Part shown: piece after piece, positions 53,311 to 64,000 of the stretch | Position numbering within the stretch: the first letter of the stretch is position 1 | Layout: the number at the start of each line of letters is the position of its first letter | NCBI GenBank assembly: GCA_029717555.1 | Contig: JAMDHS010000041.1 | Coordinates: forward strand, 62,001-126,000 | Source: Peribolospora baueri | Taxonomy: Eukaryota | DNA: 64,000 nucleotides | Reading direction: 5' to 3' | Program-made: the position numbers and the translations under genes | Notes under the pieces: generated by a model | Databases searched by the model: none | What the model saw: the letters and a program-made list of their open reading frames with translations, nothing else | What the model was told of the DNA's origin: nothing

Positions 53311-55222
53311 ATGGCACTCTCTCCCAGTTGGAGACGTTTTGCCCAACAGGGCGTAAACGCAGTGAGGGGGCCGAGGATGGGAGGACGGAAAGTGGTGGTC
53401 ATCGGTGGCAGGTGAGCGAGCGAGCGACCGAATGCCAGCATAGGTCGTAGGAGCGGTTGTGGTGGGGTAAAGACAGCTTTGGCAGACGTTTGCAGGTACT
53501 CTGAGCTGATGGCCGGGGGCGTTTGCTGTTTTTCCGTCTGGGTGCCGCTCGTTTGCTTCACTCCTCAGCGGCTTCCTCGGTGAAGTCTGACTTTCCCTAG
53601 CAATTGGAAGTGGCCAGTCGTCAGCGCTTTTCCAGCTGACAAGGTGGTCTGGTTTGTTTTGGACATCGGATGATTGATTCCCACTTGACAGGCAAATACG
53701 TCGTCCAAGCACTCATATCCGACCCGACGACCCGCATACAGATTGCCTCTCGGAACCCTCAAAAGGCTCAAGACTCGCTCTCTCACCTTGGCACGCAGCT
53801 CCTTCCTCCTGCTTCCATCGACATCACCTCGTCCTCTCCCACCGCGCTCGAAGAGACTTTGGATGGCGCTGACGCCGTAGTGTCCCTCGTCGGCTTGCTC
53901 TCCGGAGACCTTGAGAAGGTCCAGGTGAGAGGCGCAGAAAACGTTGCGCGGGCGGCTAAGGAGGCCGGGGTTAAGGTGGTGCATGTGAGCGCGATCGGCG
54001 CAGACGAGGGAAGCCCGTTGGGCTACTTCAAGACGAAAGGTGAGCGTCGGACCGGCGTTCCTGTCGATGCCGTACCGTTCAGGAAGGAGCGCACGCAGGG
54101 TAAAGGTGGTGCAGAACGGCGTTGTTTATGAGTCGCCGATCTACATTTGCCCACCCAGCCCTCGGAGAGAAAGCGGTTCTGTCAAGCATGCCAGACGCGA
54201 CTATCATTCGACCGTCTTTGGTCTTCGGACCTGGCGACGGCTTCTTCACCGTAAGTGCGCAGGAGGGGGAGACCTGAGGATGGGCCTCCTGGACAGATAG
54301 AGACAGGTCGAGTCTTCCCTCTTTTTTTGTCTGTCTCCTGCTTTGCTTCGCTCGTAGCGTTTCGACAAGCTCTCGTCGATGCTCCCCTTTTTACCCGTCT
54401 TCGGTGGTGGCCGAGCACGCTTCGCTCCCGTCTACGCGGGCGATGTCGGTCGCGCCGTGGAGGTATCCACACGCCTCGAGCCAGAAGTCAAGTGTCTGGT
54501 GGGCGGCAAGGTTGTCGAAGCTTGCGGACCCGATGGTGAGCTCGAGGTGTTGTCGCACACTCACACGACCCGCCTATAAGCCCGCGGCCTACCCGCTCAG
54601 ACTCGTTCCCCTGCCCGATCAACCGACCAGTATACACCTACAAGCAACTCATGGAACAAATCCTGCGCTATTCCGGACGGACGCGACCCATAATATCACT
54701 TCCGTTCGCGCTCGGAAAGGCCCAAGGAGCGGTCATGGAGATGTTGCCGGAGAATCTCTTCACGCTCACGCGAGATCAGGTGCGCGAGCCCGTCAGGAGC
54801 GATGCGATGTGATGCGATCCCAGCGGTTTCTGTGTTTTTTTCCTGACCTTTGGTGATAACGGTTCTCGGCTGTTTGTTCTGGCTGGTAGGTGGAACAGCT
54901 CAAAATGGATTCCACGCCATCTTCCCCGATGCCGGAAGACCACCTACACATCGCGACCCTCCTCTCGCGATTCCAACGACCCGGTCTCACAGCCGTCCCC
55001 GCTCAGTCATCCTTGTCCGACGACCCGCTCTCCTCCCTCACTCCTCTGTCCAGCGTGCTGCGCACATACATCGGCTCAGGTCGCAGTGGCCCCGTCAACG
55101 GCAAGCGAATGCATGGAAGAGCGGGAGAGGGCATGGACGAGATGTTCGCAGAGGTGCAGAGGATGACGGAGGAGGCTAAGCGCGTGTCTGATGCCAAGCG
55201 TGGCAGGGGTGGGGCGCGTTGA
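53311..55222 (+). CDS. NDUFA9-like atypical short-chain dehydrogenase/reductase (NAD(P)-binding)
   Basis: Presequence-like MALSPSWRRFAQ. Rossmann motif KVVVIGGSGFLGKY assembled across an 11-nt exon (53569-53579). DGADAVVSLVG, VVHVSAIGAD, YFKTK, TIIRPSLVFGPGDGFF, FAPVYAGDVGRAV. Alternative start at 53377. Confidence 0.88.
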
Positions 55223-55496
55223 CGATGGCTCGTGCTACTACTCATCGAAGAGCGCGCATGTTATAATGATGGCTCCACATGTACAGTAACCATGCACAGT
55301 ACTATGACACACCGCTCACCGTCAAGCCGCGAAGATGGTGCCACTCGTACTTCGGAAAGGACCCTGACTTTCATCCCTTGCGCTGATCTCAATACACGCC
55401 GTAGCTGCGGCTAGTGGAGCCTCGATCGCCTACGTCCACAACCCTTGGAGTGCATTCGATTCGAGGTAGCGACCAAGATCCATCCTACTCGGTAGC

Positions 55497-58400
55497 ATGG
55501 ATACCCCGCCCCCGACCATGCCACATGTCTACGAGGGAATGGCCAGGAAGGCCATGGCCGGGGGCAATGCCCTTCCGGACGCCTCGACTCTTGCGGCCAC
55601 CATGGCACTCAGCGCTGGCCAGGAGCCTCAGACGCCGGCGGAATACGCGTTCCACATCCTGTTCAGTCGATTCATCGCTCTTGCGGAGAGGAAGATGGAC
55701 ATGCTGCTCGGGAAGGTTGTGGTGAGCCCGCGACTCTCTATAAGATCAGCATGTCTTTTCGTCTTTGCGTCACTCGCACGTCCCTCTGACTTCGTATGGC
55801 CCTCGTCGGACGCGCGCTGCAGGACATGGCCGAGCCTCAACTACCACTCTACCTCGGACCCAACCTGGATGCTTCTTTCGACTCGCTCCTCCAGTCGCTG
55901 GCGCACATTGCTCGAAGAAAATCCAAGGTGGTGATTGACTCGCTGCTGCGATGGTGGAAGGGACAATGCAACAGTCCGATCGACCCTGGGCTGGTCAAGC
56001 GGAACATGTGCGTCTGAGTTCTGCTAACGCCTGTTTTTCAAACTCGTACGCGTGTGTCTGCTGACCTTGCTGCCTCGCGCTCACCGATGATGTGTATCTT
56101 TCTTTTTCCGGGGATAGGGTCGAGTCTCCGAGTACTAACCCTGCCGCACGGTTCCGGGACGTAGCAACGATCCTGAGTGACCGAAAATCGGTGAGCCGCC
56201 CATGCTTTCCGCTCGAGCGTCATGCTCGATCAACCGATACCAAGTGACTTTTGCATCCTTTCCATCAGCTCGTCGCTCTGTACATCGTATGCCGGGCTTT
56301 GATTGAGGTAGCGCGGGCGCTACCGGTCGAAGCTCTCAGTGGGGCTCACGGGGTCGCATTGGAGGACACCATCTTCAAGGAGCTCAAGTCGCTTTCGGCG
56401 TAAGTGGTACTATTTGTTTTCTCCCTAACGACGATATTATAGGCTAAACCATACCCATCTTGCCGATCTTGGTTTTTACTCTCGATAGAGAGGCAGTTGG
56501 CGGCTCGGCCAACCAGCAAGTCTGCTTCGACATGCTTTCCCTTCTTCTAGGGGAGCTGTCCAAGAACAGGTTCATCACGATCAGCGACCGTTTTATTGCG
56601 GACTTTGAACACAGCGACCTGAAAACGGCGTCTAAATATGGCGATCCGCAGACAGAGCTCATGATCCGCGGCATGCGACATCTGCACTTTAAGGTCAGCA
56701 CCCTTCGATTGGTGCGATCTATGTGCTGCTGTGACTGAAGCGACTTTGTTTTCCCTTTTTTGTAATCCCTCTGCGTGCAGATCTATCCGTTGGAGGCGTT
56801 CGAGGAGGCCGCCGAGTTCGCCGAAACGCTGTCGAGGTTTTACTCGGCCGCGCACGGGTATCGAATAAAGAGTGCATTCGCGGAGACGTTCATCCACCTC
56901 ATGTTGCCCGTCGCCAAGGTGAGTGTAGGGCATGCGACAGGCAGGACACATCCGTGTAAGAGTCATGTTTTCTCACTTGTCGTTATTATATCCCTCGCCC
57001 ACTTTCCAGTCTGCTACGGCCGAGATTAACCATCCGACGTGGATGAAGACCATCGAAACTATATACCCCAAAGCGCTGGCGATGAGCGGGAAGCCTCGAT
57101 ATTGGAACATCGCTTTCCCGCTCGTGTGTACTCTGCTTGCCGCGTCTCCGGAAGAATTCTTCTTGGATAAGTGGCAGACTTTAATTGATGCCAGCACAAC
57201 CAAATTCAAGGTGAGCTACGCTTTATTTGCTAATGCTTCAGAGGCCCGTGGCATTTTGGGCAAGTCAGCGAAGCCAAATGATTGCTCATCGCGTTTGCCG
57301 TCTTGGTTCCCGCAGGACAAGGCCAGCCGGGCCATCGCACTGAATTGTCTTTGTCGGCTACTTTGGGTCTACATCTACCGCTGCCACGAGACCTCCTCGG
57401 CGACGACCAAGACGCTTGAGGGCTTCTTCAAAGCCGTTTTCCCCGCCAATCGTCGCTTGCCCAGTTCTCCTGACGCGTCCCTGGAGCTGTACACCTGTAT
57501 GGTCTACTTCGTGATGCAGAAGCATTTCGAAGCCGGCAAGGAGCTCGTCATGGATTTCCTTCACTCTTCGACCCTGTCCGGCAAGTCGATCACCCTCGCA
57601 TTCGACCATTTGTCTCCGGAACGCATGACGATAGCCATCCGCTCCATCCTGCTCACCCTGGGTGGCTTTGAGCGGGAGGAAGCTCCGGCCTTCCCCGACA
57701 GTCCTAATTTCTCCAACTTCACCGTCGGCCCAGAGTATGGCTGGTCTAGCGCGGAACTTCCAGACGACTTTTCTTTCCCTCAGCCTAAGATGCGCGACGC
57801 ATTTGCCCATTTTGGCGACTTGATAGGCAAGATCGCCCTCATCCTCGACCATCACGTCGTGGACATCACCATCTTCGATGAGCGCAACGTCATCCTACGA
57901 GGCTCGGGCACGGCCGCTCTCGCTGCTGACAGGGCTGCGATAGACAAGGATGGCTATCTGTGGAGGACGCACGGCGCCATCACGGTCGCGTACAGCAAGG
58001 ACCACCAGCCATACTTTGATCTTCTGCGAGTTTGCTTTGAGGCCTGGCCACGTTGCTTGAATCCCAGCATCAGCGTCCAACGCATTCTCAACGTCGTCTT
58101 CCGGTCCACTTTCCACGCCGATCCCGCCGTGGGCGAGGCGGCGGCGGAAGCTTTGAAGCGGATGGCTCGGCAGCGAAGGGGCGGTACAGTCGTCGATGGC
58201 TTCATGCGTCACGTCTTCTCCACAGAGACCGTCTTCTGGGAGGAGCATTCGAGCCAGCGCTTGATCATGCCCAAGGTGGAGAGCGCCGTCAAGCTGTGGG
58301 TCGAGCTACTGAACACTTGGCTCGACGAGCTTCGTAGCACGAGCGCTTCGGACGGCGGAGCAAGGAAGGGAGAGGAGATGGAGCGTACCAGCGCTTGGGC

Positions 58401-61400
58401 TGTTCTCGATGAGGTCGAGGGTCACGCGCTCATGCTGCTATGCTCCGCGTGGCGGCCGTTCAGGCGTTCAGCCGTACAAATTCTTCGTCTAGTCGGTGTC
58501 CTCGACGACGTCCTCTCTAGCCCGGGTGCAAGGCTAGAGAACAAGGGGCAAGACGAAGAAGAACCTCGGCGGATTATCCACTTGCTCGAACGACCATGCA
58601 ATACCTTCTTCACCGACGAGGACGAACAACGTCTAAATCCTCTGCAGAAGCAGCGCATTCGAAGGTGGCGCCGGCCAGACACCGTGGAACCGCTGCTGCT
58701 CTTGGCGGAGACCGAGAACTCGACGGACGTATCGCTTTGGCATCAAGTCCTCCCGACCTTCTTACAGACCTGCTGCGAGCGATTTCCGACAACCATCGCC
58801 ATGTTCCGGTCCACGCTCACATCTCGTGTCATCCAGATGGAACCCATCGTTTCTGTCGCTGCCGGCATCGTCCAAAAGGCCGCGAGCACGCCGTTGGGAA
58901 CGATCGCCAAGCTGCAGACACCGTCTTCTTACGCCTCTGTTGACCAAGTGCTCATGGCTGAGCATTGGAAGTCATACGTGCTCGCTCTTTGTACTACGGC
59001 AAACACCACCGACACGGCTTACACGGCGCCTAGAACGAAGAGCCACAGTCGAAAGGGTTCCGAGAACAGCGGCATCACCGAGCAGGTGGTGTCCCCGCGG
59101 GAACTTTTCCAGCGCCTTATCCCATTCCTTGGCTCTGATGTTAGCCGCTATCGCGACGCCGTCGTGCCAGCTATGGGTCACATCAGCCCTTCTCTCTACC
59201 CGATTCTGCTGGAGAGCCTGCAGTCCGTCACTCGCCAGCTAAACGACGACTTTCGAAATCGGCAAGCACAACGGGCCACATACCGTCGAAGTCGCCGCCA
59301 GGATCGCCTTCGCACTGCCGTAGCTCAAGTCCATCAGCTGACATCAAAGTTCATGAGCGCCCCGTCCTCCATCGGCAATTCCACTGTCATCACTCTGATT
59401 CTATACTGGGTCAAGGAAACCTTCAACTTCCTGACCGACCGCGATGTTCGCAACGATTGGGAGTTCCAACGGCTGCGCAAATTCTTCTGCGGTGTCGTGG
59501 AGGAGCTGTTTAACGGCCTTGCGCTCCTGGAAGAGTCGGAGCGCTTCTTCTCATTCGACACCCGCGTGCGCATGTTTCGTCTTTTTCGCGAGTGGCACTC
59601 GTACGGTCAGCAGATGGATGATGGGCAAGCCAAGCTTCAGGCCATGCTCATTCAGGCCGCGGAGCAGTACAAAGACGAGAAACAGAAGGAGACGACGCTG
59701 CAATTTCTTCGTTCGGAGACGCAGGCGCTGTCTTTCTCGGCGGCCAGCGCGATGGCTTCGCTATGCGTGAGTATTCCAGAGCTACAAAGGTTTGGAGCAC
59801 GGGACCATGGCTGAGGCTGGCTTGGTTCATTCATTACAGCAAGGCGCTATCGCCATCAGCCAAGCAGATCCCCCGCCGGGAAACGGTAATGGGAACTACG
59901 TGCCCCCTTCCATGGATATCCCGACTCTCTTCTCGTGGCTTGGCAGCCTCTTCGCCAACCCTTCGGCGCAGTATCATACTGTGGGCAGGTGAGCTGATTA
60001 CTTTTGTCTTCGCGATGCGCGTGTCACCCTTGCTTACGTTTATCTTCGTCACGTGGGCCTTATAGACGAGCGCTGCGAGCCCTCCTGGTCCATAATGAAC
60101 GTCAAAAGGGTTTACTTTCGCAGGCTGTCGATCATTGCTTTGCTGAGCCGGAACGAGCAAGCGTCGGACGCTCCTTCTTTGCTGTCCTTGCGGATGTCAT
60201 TGTGGACAAGGAGGATTTTGCGGTACCTTCGCATCAGGCTCTTTGTCTGTCGCTCGTCAAACTCGGTCATCCGGACACGGAAGTTCGACGCAAGGCCTTG
60301 GCTCTTTTGACCGCTACGCTGGAAAGGGTTTCCGCCGACGTGTCCGTTCACGAGTTCGAAGTCAGCGTCTGCAGCGCTCTGCCAGGTATCTACCTGCGCA
60401 CTCAGCGTCAGATCTCTGCGCACCTGGCAGCTCATCATCAACATCTCAAACCTTCGCTCATCTGCGAATACACACTTCGGATACCGCAAATTGATCACGC
60501 GCGACGAGCGACGACCTTGGGGCTGCTTCCTGAGTGGATCGAGGACGTCGAGCTGTTGCCCGACCCGAAAAGCGAGCAGCTCCCGTTCCAGACCTACTTG
60601 ATCCTCTCGAACCTACTCTTTCTAACGGTCAAGTATGGCGAAGCGCACAGCTTTGAGGTGCAAGACATATGGAGCAGTCTCGCGAGCGAGGCTCATCCGA
60701 TGAACGGCAACGCTATCATCAAATTCCTCATCGAACAGGCTCTCCGATTACGAAGTCCAGAATTCATCCTCCATGCCAAGCGAGTCGTCTCCTGCCTTTC
60801 GCAGAGCGCCGTCGGCCGGAGAATGTTTGACGAGCTATGCGGTTTTATTGAGCCATCGTCGATGATTCCCATCCCTCGCGAGGATCCAAGCCAACGCGTC
60901 TATAACGAATCGCCCTTGCTCTTCCTCGCAAACCTTGACGATCTCTTACCTCCTAGTTCGCGACGCCAGGTCTTCTCGCCTGGGCAACTGGCGCTTCTGT
61001 TCGTTGGCGAGTTGGCCTACGAGCGCACCGAGCAGCTACACACGCATCTTGCCGTCCTGCTTCATGCCATCCTCATGCAAATCGATCATTTCTCAACCTT
61101 CGTCCAGGACCAAATTCAGGCGATTTTACAGCAACTACTCCTCGCTGTCATCTCCACCACTCCGGACGTCGATGGGCCCGAGGGACGTATTCAACTGCGG
61201 AAAAGGGTCACGAAACTCTTCTCCCGAGGCACAACTGGGTTTTGGTCCCACGACGACATGAACGCGGCTCTTGAGCCAACGCGGACACCTAAGAATATGA
61301 AGCTCGTCATTACCGAGATTCTCTCGGTTGTCCATCCGTACAATTCCGATCTTCGCCAGAATTGGGGCAAGGTGGCTCTGCTTTGGGCTACTTCGGGCCC

Positions 61401-63168
61401 TGTGCGGCACATGGCTTGCCGATCGTTCCAGGCTTACCGCGTGCTCATGCCGCGGGTGACACCGACGATGCTGGCTGACATGCTAGGCCGTCTGTCGAAC
61501 ACGGTTTCGGATCCCACCGAGGACATCCAGTCTTTCGCTTTGGAGATCCTCTACACACTTGCAGCCGTCATTCGCGACGTAGATGCTTCAGAGACGGAAG
61601 TGCTCTCGCAGGCATTCTGGGCCACGATGGCGTGTCTCTCGACGTCTAATGAGCGCGAATTCGCCGAGGCGATCAACATGGTGGATGGTCTGCTCGACAA
61701 ACTCGACCTTGGCGCCGTGGACATCATCCAGATGCTGATGGTCAAGCGTCCGGAAGTGTGGGAAGGGAGCCGACCGGCGATGCAACCGCTTGTCTTGCGC
61801 GGCTTGCGCTCCTCGGTCACCTCGGCCGCATCGCTGCGAGTGCTCAGCCGATTCGCCGTCCTGAGTGACTCGACGCTCGTAGATGCTTCATTGGAGCGAC
61901 TGCCGCTCCTCTTTGTCGCATCGTTGCCTTGGTTCCTTCACGCTCTAGAGATGGGTCATATCGACGAATCGCTGGCTGGCTTGGCCCTTGACATCGCTCG
62001 CTTGGCTGATAGCGAGGGGCGTTCAGACATATCTCGCATCGCCACTTCCGTGGCAAGGTCACGTTTCCGCACCAAGGACGACTTTGTGCGTCAGGCGGTC
62101 GCTTGCGTCACCAACAACTACATGGCATCCCTGGGTCCCAGAATCGTCGTCCTTTTGTTGTCGTGCGTCCTCAATCAGACGGAGTGGATGAGGTCGACAT
62201 CGATGCAGCTCGTCAAGGTCGTCTTCCACAATGTGGACATGCGCACGCCGGAGTATGCCGACCTGGGCACAGAGCTGCTCATGCCTCTCCTCCGACTCCT
62301 TTCTACGAACCTGGCAGCTCAAGCTCTGGACGTCCTGGACGAACCACTCGTCGTGTCCGGCGGGCCCACGCCAGCACAGATCCTACGCATGAGTGTGTCC
62401 GGTCGGCTTTCGAAGACTAGAGAGCTTCTCGCCAGCGGCTCCGTGTTCGGAGAGCCAGACGACAGTGGCTGGTGCACTCCCGACCCATCAGCTCAAATGG
62501 CGGTCACTCGGCTTAACGTTCAGGCTGTCTTCAAGGTCTGTGAGGCCACCTTAGATATCGCCCCAATGTCATCCAACGTGGACTTCGTTATGGATGATTA
62601 CTACGGCGACGAGCCGTTCACGGCAATCGGTGCACACGTCGCGCCTGACGCGGCCGAGACGTCCAGTCTCGGAGATATGGTCTCTCAGCTTCATGACCTG
62701 TCTTCCTTCTTCGGGGACGACGCGGTGCCGACCCCCAATTCCATGCGCTACCCTCACACCGAGCTTAGCGCTATGTATCCCCACGCGAACACTTCCCACG
62801 CGCAGATAGCTGCCATCCTCTCACGATCAGTCGCGCCCTCAATCGCCTCTGATGACGTTTCTTCCATCGGCCCCTCCTTGGCCTCCATTCCGGAGGAGCG
62901 GGATCGGGACCGAGACGTCTTCTTCGAAGCACCATCGACCCCAGTGGACGCTATGACCACTGCTCACTCCTCCGTCATCTCGCCTCAGTCGTCAGAGGGT
63001 AGCAGTGAGGAGGCCGGTGCTTTTAATTTGGAGCCCGTGCGCACGCCACCGCGCAAGTTCCGTCTTACAATGCCACGTAAGGTTCCTCGACCACCGATGC
63101 CGACCACTCCGAGCCGGCATGCTACTTCCCCTTCGTATGACAGCCAAAGGAACCGCGGTGGCGGCTGA
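55497..63168 (+). CDS. TAO3: RAM/MOR network scaffold Tao3/Pag1/Mor2 (Furry family)
   Basis: TPAEYAFHILFSRFI, LLGELSKNRFITISDRF, MRHLHFKIYPLEAFEE, TAEINHPTW, KPRYWNIAFPL, RLLWVYIYRCHE, WATSGPVRHMACRSFQ, LADMLGRLSNT, GTELLMPLLRLL. Very large multi-exon gene; start codon somewhat uncertain. Confidence 0.95.
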
Positions 63169-63556
63169 GTTTCCATGAACAATATTTGTGAACACTTTAG
63201 TGGACTGTATTCGTGTCCGTTCTTGTCCCACCGCCGTTCCCTTGTGCTCTTCCCGGAGTCATTCGTGCGCCAAGTCGCAATGTATTTTACAGCAGATCTA
63301 GTTATACAAATGATTTGAAATGAGTTCTGCTAAGGTCGCCACGGACATCGAGGACCGCCTGGCGGCTGAACCAAGTCCGCGTGTATGACCATGCATAGTA
63401 CATACATACATAGGCGGCGTGAATGCTGTTCTACAACAGTCCGACCTTGAGAAGCTCGACATGTGACAACCTGCTCACTGGTTTGCATTGAACTACATTT
63501 CGGAGGAATTCGTCCAACGGTTGCTGGGACGAAGGGGCTGCCCGGGGAAGTTTCGA

Positions 63557-64000
63557 CTAGCAGCGCTCGAAGACTGGGAGCGGAAAAGTTGCGGAAGATC
63601 AGCAGAAAGTCGACATTTTAGGTACGGGCGGAACTCCTTGCTCACCTCTGTAAAGGCTTTGGAGATCCGTGACCTGAACGACGTCCTCCGCCTCCAGCAA
63701 CCGTTTTGGGGCGACGAAGTACTTCCTCAGCCCAGACAAGAACGTATGCTGGAGATGCCACTTCTCGGAAGCCTCGATCTGCTTCTCCCGAGCGCGGTCG
63801 GCTTCCAAGGTCTCTCCGTCTGCGTCATTCTCTGTCACCTCGCCGGACGAACCGGATGGAACCGCAGGAACGTAGAACCAAGCGAGCTCGCGGAGGAACG
63901 TTTCGAAGCAGGCCCTCTCGTCACTCCAATCCACCTGCGGCCCTAGCCGCATGAGAAAGTCGGGTAGCCGGTCGAGGTTTGGAGTGTAGCCTTTGAGGAG
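63557..64000 (-). CDS. MLH1: DNA mismatch repair protein Mlh1, C-terminal part (partial)
   Basis: YTPNLDRLPDFLMRLGPQVDWSDERACFETFLRELAWFY...VVQVTDLQSLYR, then an intron, then VFERC*, the diagnostic Mlh1 C-terminal FERC motif (stop 63557-63559). Confidence 0.96.

Noticed and set aside
22845..55222. Apparent cluster of respiratory genes (QCR6, CYC2-like, NDUFA9-like)
   Set aside because: Separated by ~14 kb and by unrelated housekeeping genes; consistent with chance.

Overview
Eukaryotic, GC-rich, intron-rich fungal chromosomal DNA; gene content and splice signals suggest a basidiomycete. It is a gene-dense core region with about 17 protein-coding genes, reconstructed by hand from splice sites. 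In order: a partial uncharacterised Ser-rich single-TM protein, pentafunctional AROM (ARO1), DCP2, an FLC/PKD2-type TRP-like channel, an AttM/AiiA-type metallo-beta-lactamase-fold lactonase/lactamase, QCR6, COG2, an A1 aspartic protease, two intronless hypothetical proteins, a CYC2-like flavoreductase, EFR3, UBA1, an NTF2/SnoaL-like protein, an NDUFA9-like SDR, TAO3/PAG1 and the 3' end of MLH1. I could not support any rRNA, tRNA, CRISPR array, biosynthetic cluster or intact transposon. The best second-look items are: (1) a candidate 376-bp solo LTR upstream of ARO1; (2) a 93-bp tandem amplification of LxxLL (HLM-type) motifs in the DCP2 tail; (3) the lactonase gene, with two GC-AG introns and a 7-nt microexon; (4) a stop codon inside the last splice donor of the aspartic protease that could toggle between secreted and GPI-anchored isoforms; (5) an Asp/His-rich 59-codon upstream ORF in frame with the NTF2-like gene. 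All family calls come from motif recognition, not database searches.
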